Source: an uncultured archaeon (GTDB taxonomy: Archaea > Aenigmatarchaeota > Aenigmatarchaeia > QMZP01 > JACQNV01). Taken from it: a stretch of 64,000 nt of DNA. The position numbers were made by a program, and so were the translations under genes. The notes under the pieces were generated by a model. That model was not told the DNA's origin and did no database searches. It saw only the letters and a program-made list of their open reading frames with translations. The DNA is taken from positions 755-64,754 of the forward strand of contig CAZVWU010000002.1 of NCBI GenBank assembly GCA_964631205.1. Reading direction: 5' to 3'. Numbering within the stretch: position 1 is the first letter of the stretch; every line of letters starts with the position of its first letter. This document shows, piece after piece, positions 1 through 8,153 of the stretch.

Positions 1-97
1 CAATGTCACCATGTCTCTCCGACCAGGAGCCATAAAGAAATTGAATTTACTTTATATTTTAGTAATCTTTATAAATACTAAAGTTTATAGTAATTTC

Positions 98-343
98 ATG
101 GGTGAAGTTATTGTGACTAGGGGAGGGCAGGTAACGCTAACAAAAGACATCAGGGAGAAGCTCCATATAGAGGAAGGCAATGTGATTATTGTAAATACTA
201 TGGGCGAGTTGATAATTGCTTCCAAAAGGAATCCGGATGTTTTTGAAAAAGGCAACTTTCTGCCTGAAAATTTTGAAAAAACACTTAGGCAAATAAAAGC
301 TTCTCCAGAAGAGAGGCTGAAAAGATTTGGAATCATAGGCTAG
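98..343 (+). CDS. AbrB/MazE (SpoVT-AbrB) fold antitoxin, VapB-like
   Basis: The ORF is 11..343. The internal Met at 98 gives an ~81 aa protein beginning MGEVIVTRGGQVTLTKDIREKL, typical of a swapped-hairpin AbrB/MazE DNA-binding domain. The PIN gene follows 13 bp downstream. Confidence 0.5.
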   Translation: MGEVIVTRGGQVTLTKDIREKLHIEEGNVIIVNTMGELIIASKRNPDVFEKGNFLPENFEKTLRQIKASPEERLKRFGIIG

Positions 344-355
344 GAAGCGGACTAT

Positions 356-790
356 ATGAAGGTTCTGATTGACACATCTTTGATAGTTGATATTGACAGG
401 CAGAAAAAAGAGACTGTAGAATTATTTAAAAAATTAGCTGTGGATGGCACAACAGAAATGGTTATCAGTGCTGTCACAGTCTCAGAAATCCTGACTGGGG
501 CCTACCTCAAGAAAGATGTGAAAACGTCTGTGCTTACAGCAAAGGAAATTCTTAACCAGTTTATATGGATAAGCCTTGATGGCGAAGTTGCGGAAAAAAC
601 AGGTCAGCTTTTAGCTTATCTTCTTGCGGAAAAAAAGGAGATAGGGTATCAGGATACTGCAATAGCGGCAAGCTTTTTGGTTTCCCGCTCAGATTATCTT
701 TTAACGCTTAACAAAAAGGATTTTGTTGTTTTTCCGGCGCTAAAAGACAAGGTTTTTTCTCCTGAAGAGTTCATCCGGAAAATGTTATAG
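356..790 (+). CDS. PIN-domain ribonuclease, VapC-like toxin
   Basis: 144 aa beginning MKVLIDTSLIVDIDRQ (PIN N-terminal acidic motif), with a conserved D/T pattern. It is immediately downstream of the AbrB-like gene. Confidence 0.6.
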   Translation: MKVLIDTSLIVDIDRQKKETVELFKKLAVDGTTEMVISAVTVSEILTGAYLKKDVKTSVLTAKEILNQFIWISLDGEVAEKTGQLLAYLLAEKKEIGYQDTAIAASFLVSRSDYLLTLNKKDFVVFPALKDKVFSPEEFIRKML

Positions 791-832
791 TCAAAGAGAA
801 TAAATAAAATGCACCGGGTCAGATATACAACA

Positions 833-1771
833 TTATCCTAAAAGAAGCAGCGTCACCATGTCCCTTAAGCCCGGAGCCAACCCTAAAATGATTACAGCGA
901 CTTTCAGGAAATTGCGCATCCTTGGATTGTCGATTTCTTTGTTAAAGACCCAGAGGACAGGGATCACCACAACCGGCTTGAGGATGAAAAAAGACCATGT
1001 TCCAAGAGAGCCGAAAAAAAGGCGGGGCACAACATGCTGTTCTACAAACCCGTAAGCGGCAAGGGCCCAGAAAGTGGCTGCCGCATCAAGGAAGTGCGCG
1101 CCGAGGATGCCTGAGCTCTGGTAGTTGAAAAATTCTTTTAATTTTGGCATGCTCTTTACAAAATAGGAAACTCCAAAAAATATTCCTGTAAGGCCCGCTG
1201 CTGTCGGGATTATTAAAAACAAAGGGTATAGAGATTTTATTGGCAGGCTGATTATTGCTCCGGCTAAAATCAAAAAACCTGTCAAAAACATTGTTTTCCA
1301 GTATGGGACATTTTTTTTCTTTTGGATAAAATAGCTGATTAATAAAACAATTGTCGCTAAGGCTGCTGTTATAAGGTAGCTTCCGGGGGTCACAAACCAT
1401 GTTATTATCGAACTGTATAGGCTGGATATTCCTGGTATTGGGAGGGTTGAAGAAAGATGGGCGTTTGCCTGGTTATATACCGCGCCCAGATTATGAGAAA
1501 GGTCAGTCAAAAAAAGCGGGTTGGATTTTATGTCGAGGGGTATTGTTCCAAAAACAAAATCGCGGATCGCGCGTGTCACAGGCGCCCAGACAACAAAAGG
1601 CAGGATTGCAAGAAGGAATTTCTTGTCTATATTGATTTTTAATTTTTCCAGAAGCTTGTATACAAGTACGACGCCTATAATAAGTATCGCCCCGTACGCT
1701 ATTGTGTTGTAAGGGTTGAACCAGCCGTTCTGGATTATTGGCGCGACAAAATTCTCTTCAAAAAATCCCAT
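833..1771 (-). CDS. polytopic integral membrane protein, function unknown
   Basis: 312 aa with multiple hydrophobic helices and no recognisable catalytic motif. Confidence 0.5.
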   Translation of the reverse strand: MGFFEENFVAPIIQNGWFNPYNTIAYGAILIIGVVLVYKLLEKLKINIDKKFLLAILPFVVWAPVTRAIRDFVFGTIPLDIKSNPLFLTDLSHNLGAVYNQANAHLSSTLPIPGISSLYSSIITWFVTPGSYLITAALATIVLLISYFIQKKKNVPYWKTMFLTGFLILAGAIISLPIKSLYPLFLIIPTAAGLTGIFFGVSYFVKSMPKLKEFFNYQSSGILGAHFLDAAATFWALAAYGFVEQHVVPRLFFGSLGTWSFFILKPVVVIPVLWVFNKEIDNPRMRNFLKVAVIILGLAPGLRDMVTLLLLG

Positions 1772-1825
1772 CTGTATATTTTGTTTGTTTATTTAAAAAT
1801 AGAGAGCTTAATAGGTTATAGTGTT

Positions 1826-2809
1826 ATGGATGTCTCGATTGTAGTTCCTGCATTCAATGAGGAAAAGAATATAGAACGTTCAATAACCTCTTTGCTTAAC
1901 CAAGACTTCAAAGGAAAATACGAGATAATTGTCGTCAATGACGGCTCAACAGACAATACAGAAAAAACAGTGAAAGAAATAATTAAAAAATCCGAAAATA
2001 AAATTAAACTGCTTAACCAGCCAAATCAGGGCCCTGCAGCAGCCAGAAATGCAGGCGCAAAGATTGCAAAAGGAAAAATAGTTTTGTTCACTGATTCTGA
2101 TTGTGTTGTTGAAAAGGGCTGGATAAAAGAGATGGTTGAGCCTTTCAAAAACAAGGAAGTAGTCGGGGTTCAAGGAAGATACAAAATATACAATAAAGAA
2201 AGCCTGGTTGCAAGGTTTGTGCAGTATGAGATAGAGGAGCGATACCAGCGGATGGAGAAGCAGAAGTATATTGATTTTATAGGGTCGTACTCTGCTGGTT
2301 ATAGAAAGGATGTTTTCTTGAAGTTTGGCGGTTTTGATACATCTTTTAAAAAAGCTTCAGGGGAGGATCCTGAAATTTCCTACAGGATCGCGGATAAGGG
2401 GATGAAAATGGTTTTTGCGCCAAAGGCGGTTGTTTACCACTCGCATCCTGACACGCTGAAAAGGTATTTGAAAATGAAATATGGGAGAGGTTATTGGGGC
2501 GAGCTGCTGTACAAAAAGCACCCTGAAAAAAGGTTTGGCCAGTCTTACAATTCCATCTATTATTTTTTGCATATCATGGCGACGTGCCTTTTGAGCCTTC
2601 TATTTGTTGTTTCGCTGCCATTCAGCGCTTTGTTCTCAAAAGCGGCAATCCTTTTGCTTATACTTTTGTCACTCCCTTCAACGCTTTATATTGCAAAATT
2701 TGAGAAAAAGTTTTTATTCATAGGGCCCTTATTCATCAATTTAAGGAATCTGGCAATAGGGTACGGGGTATTTGTTGCTAAAATTAAAAATTTAGGCAAT
2801 AAAGCTTAA
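1826..2809 (+). CDS. family 2 glycosyltransferase (GT-A) with C-terminal membrane anchor
   Basis: VSIVVPAFNEEKNIERSITSLLNQ ... IIVVNDGSTDNT plus DSD, which is the GT2 nucleotide-binding signature. A hydrophobic C-terminus is present. Start is set at MDVSIV (1826) inside ORF 1781..2809. Confidence 0.75.
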   Translation: MDVSIVVPAFNEEKNIERSITSLLNQDFKGKYEIIVVNDGSTDNTEKTVKEIIKKSENKIKLLNQPNQGPAAARNAGAKIAKGKIVLFTDSDCVVEKGWIKEMVEPFKNKEVVGVQGRYKIYNKESLVARFVQYEIEERYQRMEKQKYIDFIGSYSAGYRKDVFLKFGGFDTSFKKASGEDPEISYRIADKGMKMVFAPKAVVYHSHPDTLKRYLKMKYGRGYWGELLYKKHPEKRFGQSYNSIYYFLHIMATCLLSLLFVVSLPFSALFSKAAILLLILLSLPSTLYIAKFEKKFLFIGPLFINLRNLAIGYGVFVAKIKNLGNKA

Positions 2810-2813
2810 CGCA

Positions 2814-3143
2814 TTATTCTGGATAATCGACCTTTTCGCCCTCTTCGGTTGGGACTTCTTCCTGCTCCCGCACCTTAGACATTTTTGAAATCTCAGAGCT
2901 CATGTACGTATACAGCCTCTTGACCCTTTTGTCAAGGAGGTCTATTGTCTGTAGCGTGACTTTGTTTAGCTCTATCAACTCTGTCATTTTTTCAAGCACT
3001 TCTGAGAAGGTCAAGCCATTAGAAGGAGGCTGTATCTTTGGAGGCTGCTGTTCTTGCTCTGCAGAGCATAGCCTTATTATTTGGTTGGCTGTTTTCTGGT
3101 TTTCTTTCAGGTATTCCAGGAGGCTTTCAACTTTTGAATCCAT
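2814..3143 (-). CDS. hypothetical coiled-coil protein
   Basis: 109 aa, charged/helical, no recognised domain. Tight spacing to neighbours. Confidence 0.3.
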   Translation of the reverse strand: MDSKVESLLEYLKENQKTANQIIRLCSAEQEQQPPKIQPPSNGLTFSEVLEKMTELIELNKVTLQTIDLLDKRVKRLYTYMSSEISKMSKVREQEEVPTEEGEKVDYPE

Positions 3144-3220
3144 AATATTATCTATACTGGTAAGAAATATAAATCTGATGCCTTAGGCTGACCGAAATCT
3201 TATCGGCCAAAAAATAAAAG

Positions 3221-4867
3221 TTACTCGCCGCCCATCCCGTCAGGCATCCCGCCTGGCATTGGGGGTCCGCCCCTTGAGGCTGCTGCAGAAATCATGTCGT
3301 CTATCCTTAAAATAAGCTCTGCAACCTCTGTTGCTGATTTCAATGCCTGCAATTTTATTTTCAAGGGTTCGATGACCCCTGCTTTCAGCATGTCAACCGG
3401 CTGTTCTGTAAATACATCCAAGCCCATGTTTGGGTTTTTGTCATGCTCTGCCCTCAACTGGGCAAGCTTGTCTATTGCATCCAATCCCGCATTCTCTGCA
3501 AGGCTTCTTGGGATTATCTCCATTGCATTTGCGTAAGCAAGTATTGCAAGCTGTTCCTTCCCTTTGAACTTGTCAGCGTATTTCCTCAACTCTTTTGAAA
3601 CCTCTATTTCAGGCGCCCCGCCTCCAGGGACTATCTTCCCGAGCTCCAAGGCTGATGCGAGGCCTTTTACAGCATCTGTCATTCCCCTCTCTATTTCATC
3701 AACAACATGCTCTGTGCCACCTCTCAACAGGATTGTGACTGCTTTTGGGTCTTTGCACTTTTCAACAAATAACATCTGGTCGCCTGCTATCTTTTTCTCC
3801 TGCACCAAACCTGCATACCCAAGATCAGCTGAAGTCAGGTCGTTCAGGCTTGTCACTATCTTTCCGCCTGTAGCGCGCGCAAGGTTTTCAAGATCAGATT
3901 TCTTTACCCTTCTTGCGGCGATTATCCCTTTCTTTGCAAGGTAATGTTGGACCATATCGTCTATGCCTTTCTGGCAGAGCACTACATTCGCGCCTGAGTT
4001 GATAACCTTGTCGGCCATCTGCTTAAGCATCCTTTCCTCATTGTCAAGGAAGGCCTGTATCTTGTCAGGAGAGTCTATGTTTATTTTTGCATCATTTTCA
4101 AGGGTCTTGATTTCCAGTGCCGCATCAAGCAGCGCTATCTTCGCCTTTTCAAGCGATTTTGGCATTCCTGGATGGACGATTTCCTTGTCTATCACAATCC
4201 CGTCAATTAAGATGCTCTCCTGTATTGAGCCACCTTTTTTCTTTTCAAGTTTTACGTTTTCGCTGTCTATTTTAATTCCGCTTGGGCTTTCTTCAGCGAC
4301 TTTTTTAATTGCCGACACTGCAATTTTTGACAAGTCCTCGCCTGCCCGTTCTGCTGATTTGCCTGTCATTGCAGTTGTTGCTATCTGTATCAGTAAAGCA
4401 TCGTCTTTTAATGTTATTGGTTTTGACATTGCCTGCAAAACTTCGAGTGCCCTTTCCTTTGCCAGCCTGAAGCCTTTTGTTATGACAGTGGGATGTATTT
4501 CTTCATCAAGCAGCTCGCCTGCTTTTTTCAGGAGTTCGCCGGAGATTACCACAGCTGTTGTTGTTCCATCTCCAACTTCCTGGTCCTGTGTTTTTGCAAT
4601 CTCAACCATCATCTTTGCTGCAGGATGCTCGATCTGCATATTTTCAAGTATTGTTGCGCCGTCGTTTGTTATTGTGATGTCGCCAAGAGAATCAACAAGC
4701 ATCTTGTCCATGCCTTTTGGACCTAATGTTGTCCGCACTGCATCAGCCACAGCTTTCGCAGCTTCAATATTATTTTTCTGGGCATCCCTTCCTTTATTCC
4801 TGAGTGTGCCTTCAGGCAAAATCAATATCGGCTGTCCGCCTAAACTGCCTATTTGCGCTTGCACCAT
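3221..4867 (-). CDS. ths: thermosome subunit (group II chaperonin, Cpn60/TCP-1 family)
   Basis: 548 aa with GDGTTT ATP-binding motif, [20 protein letters not shown] and a C-terminal GGMP-like tail ([16 protein letters not shown]) typical of archaeal thermosomes. Confidence 0.95.
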   Translation of the reverse strand: MVQAQIGSLGGQPILILPEGTLRNKGRDAQKNNIEAAKAVADAVRTTLGPKGMDKMLVDSLGDITITNDGATILENMQIEHPAAKMMVEIAKTQDQEVGDGTTTAVVISGELLKKAGELLDEEIHPTVITKGFRLAKERALEVLQAMSKPITLKDDALLIQIATTAMTGKSAERAGEDLSKIAVSAIKKVAEESPSGIKIDSENVKLEKKKGGSIQESILIDGIVIDKEIVHPGMPKSLEKAKIALLDAALEIKTLENDAKINIDSPDKIQAFLDNEERMLKQMADKVINSGANVVLCQKGIDDMVQHYLAKKGIIAARRVKKSDLENLARATGGKIVTSLNDLTSADLGYAGLVQEKKIAGDQMLFVEKCKDPKAVTILLRGGTEHVVDEIERGMTDAVKGLASALELGKIVPGGGAPEIEVSKELRKYADKFKGKEQLAILAYANAMEIIPRSLAENAGLDAIDKLAQLRAEHDKNPNMGLDVFTEQPVDMLKAGVIEPLKIKLQALKSATEVAELILRIDDMISAAASRGGPPMPGGMPDGMGGE

Positions 4868-4961
4868 ATTTATCGCCTAAATTAAAGTATTTTTCACGCC
4901 TTAAAAACGGATAAGTAATATTGTGGTTAAAGCATTTAAGCTTTTCGGGAAATTGAGAATG

Positions 4962-4980
4962 ATATAACAGTGTGATATAT
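4962..4980. repeat. 19-bp direct repeat copy 1 (ATATAACAGTGTGATATAT), imperfect dyad
   Basis: Exact 19/19 match to 6168..6186. It lies ~95 bp upstream of the thermosome start and downstream of the Fic stop. 7 of 9 positions are palindromic about a central T. Confidence 0.7.
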
Positions 4981-5099
4981 ATCATATTTCCAGCTCAAGC
5001 TTTTTCCAAACAGGCTTTGGAGAGGGTCTGGTTGTTGGCCTAAAGGAACTTATCCCCTGTTGGGGTTAGTGAATGCATACCTCTGTCCTGTAACAGCTG

Positions 5100-6056
5100 T
5101 CAGGCGTATTTCGCATAAATCTCAAAGAAATTTCTGTATGTTTTTTTGAACTTTTCAAGGAAAAACCTTTCTATCTTGCTATAATGGCTGTTGTCAGCGG
5201 CTTCCAAACAGTTAAAATATGCTGTTCTGGATGTTTTTCTTACAATCAACGGCGGATAGCCTTTATTCACCAGTATTGCATTCACTAGAAACCTTCCTGT
5301 CCTCCCATTTCCGTCTTCAAATGGGTGGATTTTTTCGAATCTTGAATGGAAAATGGCGGCTGCCTGAAGGGGGTGCATCTTTCCGATGTTGCGGCCATAC
5401 CAGCTGATAAGTTTTGACATCTCAGGATAAACTTTCTCCGGCGAGGTTGTCTCCAGCCTTTTGCCAAGAAGAAAATTCGGGAGTTTTTTATATCCCTGCC
5501 TCGTATCTATGTCTTTCGTCAGGAGCGCATGCATTTTTATTATGCTCCGATGGTCTACACTAAACTTTCCAGCCAGAAGAAGGTCTAAAACCCTTCTTGA
5601 GTTCCTGGTTTCATATATTTCCCTCAAATCCTTGCCTTTAATGGACGTTTTGTCAAAAATAACTATTGCCACGTCTTTCAGCGTAAGGGAATTCCCTTCC
5701 AGGGCGTTTGATTCGTATGTAAAATTGAGGATGAACCTGTCAAAGATGTCCTTTTTTTGTTCTTTCTTGAGTTTTTTCAGGAGGCGTTTGTAATCTACTC
5801 TTGTCGCCTCGATTTTTTTAATCTCTTCTTCTGTGAATATGCTGCCTGCAGTGAAGGTTTTCAATGCCCACAGGATATTCGCTTCCTTTTCCTTTTCCAG
5901 AAAATAGCCGGAATATTTCTTTTCCAGTTTCTTCTGGCTGCCGCCCTCTTTGACCAATTTAGCCAGTTTTCTAACAGACCCATCAGGAAGCCTGACAGAC
6001 TTTACAAGGTAAGTGTACTCTTTCCCGTTTATCCTTTTCCTAGAAACATGGACCAT
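5100..6056 (-). CDS. Fic/Doc family protein (putative AMPylase)
   Basis: 318 aa containing the Fic motif HPFEDGNGRTGR (HxFx(D/E)GNGRxxR). Confidence 0.85.
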   Translation of the reverse strand: MVHVSRKRINGKEYTYLVKSVRLPDGSVRKLAKLVKEGGSQKKLEKKYSGYFLEKEKEANILWALKTFTAGSIFTEEEIKKIEATRVDYKRLLKKLKKEQKKDIFDRFILNFTYESNALEGNSLTLKDVAIVIFDKTSIKGKDLREIYETRNSRRVLDLLLAGKFSVDHRSIIKMHALLTKDIDTRQGYKKLPNFLLGKRLETTSPEKVYPEMSKLISWYGRNIGKMHPLQAAAIFHSRFEKIHPFEDGNGRTGRFLVNAILVNKGYPPLIVRKTSRTAYFNCLEAADNSHYSKIERFFLEKFKKTYRNFFEIYAKYA

Positions 6057-6167
6057 AAGGGATTTGGGGCAGGATAGCCTGTTTCTGCCCCAATTATATT
6101 TAACCCCACAGATATTTAAACCTTCATTTTTTGTGGGGTTAAGGGGTTCGGCAAATACTGTAAATTA

Positions 6168-6186
6168 ATATAACAGTGTGATATAT
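6168..6186. repeat. 19-bp direct repeat copy 2 (ATATAACAGTGTGATATAT)
   Basis: Exact match to 4962..4980. It abuts and overlaps the discriminator base at the 3' end of the candidate tRNA, ~112 bp upstream of the Fic start. Confidence 0.7.
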
Positions 6187-6491
6187 GGGCCCGCTGGGGT
6201 TTTCATATTTCCATAACCCAAATTTATTTTTGTAAATGTTTTCTCTTTGGGTTATAAGGCTTTCTCGATTCCAATTGGACACTGATCTGAAGATCAGTGT
6301 CGTCCCTTTAAAGAGAAAGGGTATAAATCGAACCCAGGACCACCTGCATTTACGCAATGCAGATTTATTCATGGACTAGAAGTTTGACTTCAATAAAATC
6401 CATGTGCCTTATAAGACAGGTGCTCTACCATTGCTCGTCTTTTTCCGGGGCGCGCTTTTTTTGATTTATGAACCGAAAAAGGGCGCTGAGC
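6186..6491 (-). tRNA. candidate tRNA-Ile (anticodon UAU) interrupted by three introns (D-loop, anticodon loop 37/38, T-loop)
   Basis: Minus-strand exons: GGGCCCGTGGCTCAG (6491..6477); AATGGTAGAGCACCTGTCTTATAA (6423..6400); GCAGGTGGTCCTGGGTTCGATT (6338..6317); CCCAGCGGGCCCA (6198..6186). These give a perfect 7-bp acceptor stem (GGGCCCG/CGGGCCC), D-stem GCTC/GAGC, anticodon stem CCTGT/GCAGG (one G-U), T-stem CTGGG/CCCAG, T-loop TTCGATT, and U33/A37 flanking TAT. A TTTATTTAAA box sits ~30 nt upstream. Confidence 0.55.
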
Positions 6492-6558
6492 CACGGGCCC
6501 ATAAGACTAATATAACAAGACCAGATTTAAATAAAGTATTCTAGTTCTTTTGGAAGAA

Positions 6559-8097
6559 TTAACCGGAAAGAGTTCCTGCGCTCTTCTGGACCTCAGGCTG
6601 CTTCTGCCATTCCTTTTTCAGGCCATGGATTTGGGCCAGCCTTTTGAAGAAAATTGCAGCTGATTTTGCTGTCCTTACAGCTTCTGAAGGGCTCTTTAAA
6701 GACTGCACAGTCTTGTAGGCCAGGTATTTTGGGTTTGAATAATATTGCTTGAGAGCGACATCTGCCCATTCCACTAATTCTTTGTTTGTTAAATCTGGCC
6801 TTGATACAAGTGTGTTGTGTTTCCCCTCGCTATCGATCCACTGATCATAATCCCTTGTTGTAAGGTAGCCGTTTTCCTCTGCCCATTTAAATGTGCCTGT
6901 TCCAGGGTAAGCCATTAAAGGGAAGAATTGCGCTGTGTCAGGCATCAGCTTTTTCGCAAAATCAATTGTCGCCTGCATGCTTTTCTTGTTGTCTTTTGGC
7001 AGCCCTAATATAAAACAGCCATTTGTAATTAAACCCGCCTTTCTGACACTTTCCATGAACTCTTCCTGCATCTTTGCTGTCGTGCCTTTTTTCACAGAGT
7101 TCAGCTCATCCTGCTCAGGCGATTCAAAACCAACACACAGCAGCCTGCATCCTGCATCCCTCATCGCCTTCAGAGTCTCATAATCAGTGTTTACCCGCGC
7201 ATTGCAGGACCATTTTATTTTTATCCCTCTCTGAATTATCTCTTTCGAAAGATCGATTGTCCGCTGCTTGTTTAATGGAAATGTATCATCCTCCAGCTGT
7301 ATCTCGCTTATAAAAGGCAGCTCATTCTTGATATACTCAAACTCGTCAGCAACATTTTTCACTGACCTCTGCCTATAGGATGATTTGAAAGGGATGTGGC
7401 AAAAAGAGCAGCTGTAAAGGCATCCTCTCCCTGTCAGTATCGTGACTTCAGGCCATGTCAGGGACGCATAAAAATATTTTTTCATCCCCTCTTCTCCAAG
7501 GTGTTTGTAATAAGTCTCTGAAACAAAAGGGAGTTTGTCAAGATCTTGAATTAACGGCCTTTCAGGAGTGTGGATAAATTTTCCGCCTTGCATAAAAACC
7601 AGACCCTTCACATCATCCAGTTTTTTCCCTGCTTCAATGTGCTGCGCCAATTCCAACGCAGTTTCATCAACCTCCCATCTGATCACAGAATCAATTGCGC
7701 CTTTGCCATGAACAAGCGTCTCTTCAGGCACATTAGAAGGGTGTATTCCCATTACAGAAATATGGATTCCGGGGATCGCAGCCTTTATTTTCGCTGCCTG
7801 CCTGATGTCATTCAAAATAGATGGCGTTGAAGTGTCCATCAGGATGAGGCCGTTCCTGTCTGTAAAGTATTTTTTTGCTTGCTCAACTGTGAAATCATGG
7901 GACCATTCGCTTGCCACTGCATCAACCAGCCAGGTCTTAAAGCCGTTATGCTCAACCCATCCTGCCCCATATGCGAGATAATACGGATGGTAAAAAGTCC
8001 CGCCATTAGTCACGCATGGCGACCTTGACTGCCTGGAATAAAGATTGAGCAATTTGCCATTCCTTTCAAAGGACGGGTTTAAGAAAAGGGTTTTCAT
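6559..8097 (-). CDS. B12-binding domain radical SAM protein
   Basis: 512 aa with a CLYSCSFC (CxxxCxxC) cluster motif preceded by a cobalamin-binding-like N-terminal region. Confidence 0.7.
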   Translation of the reverse strand: MKTLFLNPSFERNGKLLNLYSRQSRSPCVTNGGTFYHPYYLAYGAGWVEHNGFKTWLVDAVASEWSHDFTVEQAKKYFTDRNGLILMDTSTPSILNDIRQAAKIKAAIPGIHISVMGIHPSNVPEETLVHGKGAIDSVIRWEVDETALELAQHIEAGKKLDDVKGLVFMQGGKFIHTPERPLIQDLDKLPFVSETYYKHLGEEGMKKYFYASLTWPEVTILTGRGCLYSCSFCHIPFKSSYRQRSVKNVADEFEYIKNELPFISEIQLEDDTFPLNKQRTIDLSKEIIQRGIKIKWSCNARVNTDYETLKAMRDAGCRLLCVGFESPEQDELNSVKKGTTAKMQEEFMESVRKAGLITNGCFILGLPKDNKKSMQATIDFAKKLMPDTAQFFPLMAYPGTGTFKWAEENGYLTTRDYDQWIDSEGKHNTLVSRPDLTNKELVEWADVALKQYYSNPKYLAYKTVQSLKSPSEAVRTAKSAAIFFKRLAQIHGLKKEWQKQPEVQKSAGTLSG

Positions 8098-8153
8098 AGC
8101 TCTGATTTGGTTTGCTTATATTTATTTGTTTACCTAATATAGAGAGGATAGGC

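Noticed and set aside
3963-4880. 305-aa ORF on plus strand, Ser/Ala-rich
   Set aside because: Entirely antisense to the well-supported thermosome gene. Low-complexity shadow ORF.
5040-6167. Possible terminal inverted repeats just inside the 19-bp direct repeats
   Set aside because: Only ~11 nt of inverted similarity (CTGTTGGGGTTA-like) with an indel, which is within chance expectation for AT-rich DNA. It is mentioned in a finding but not called as a feature.
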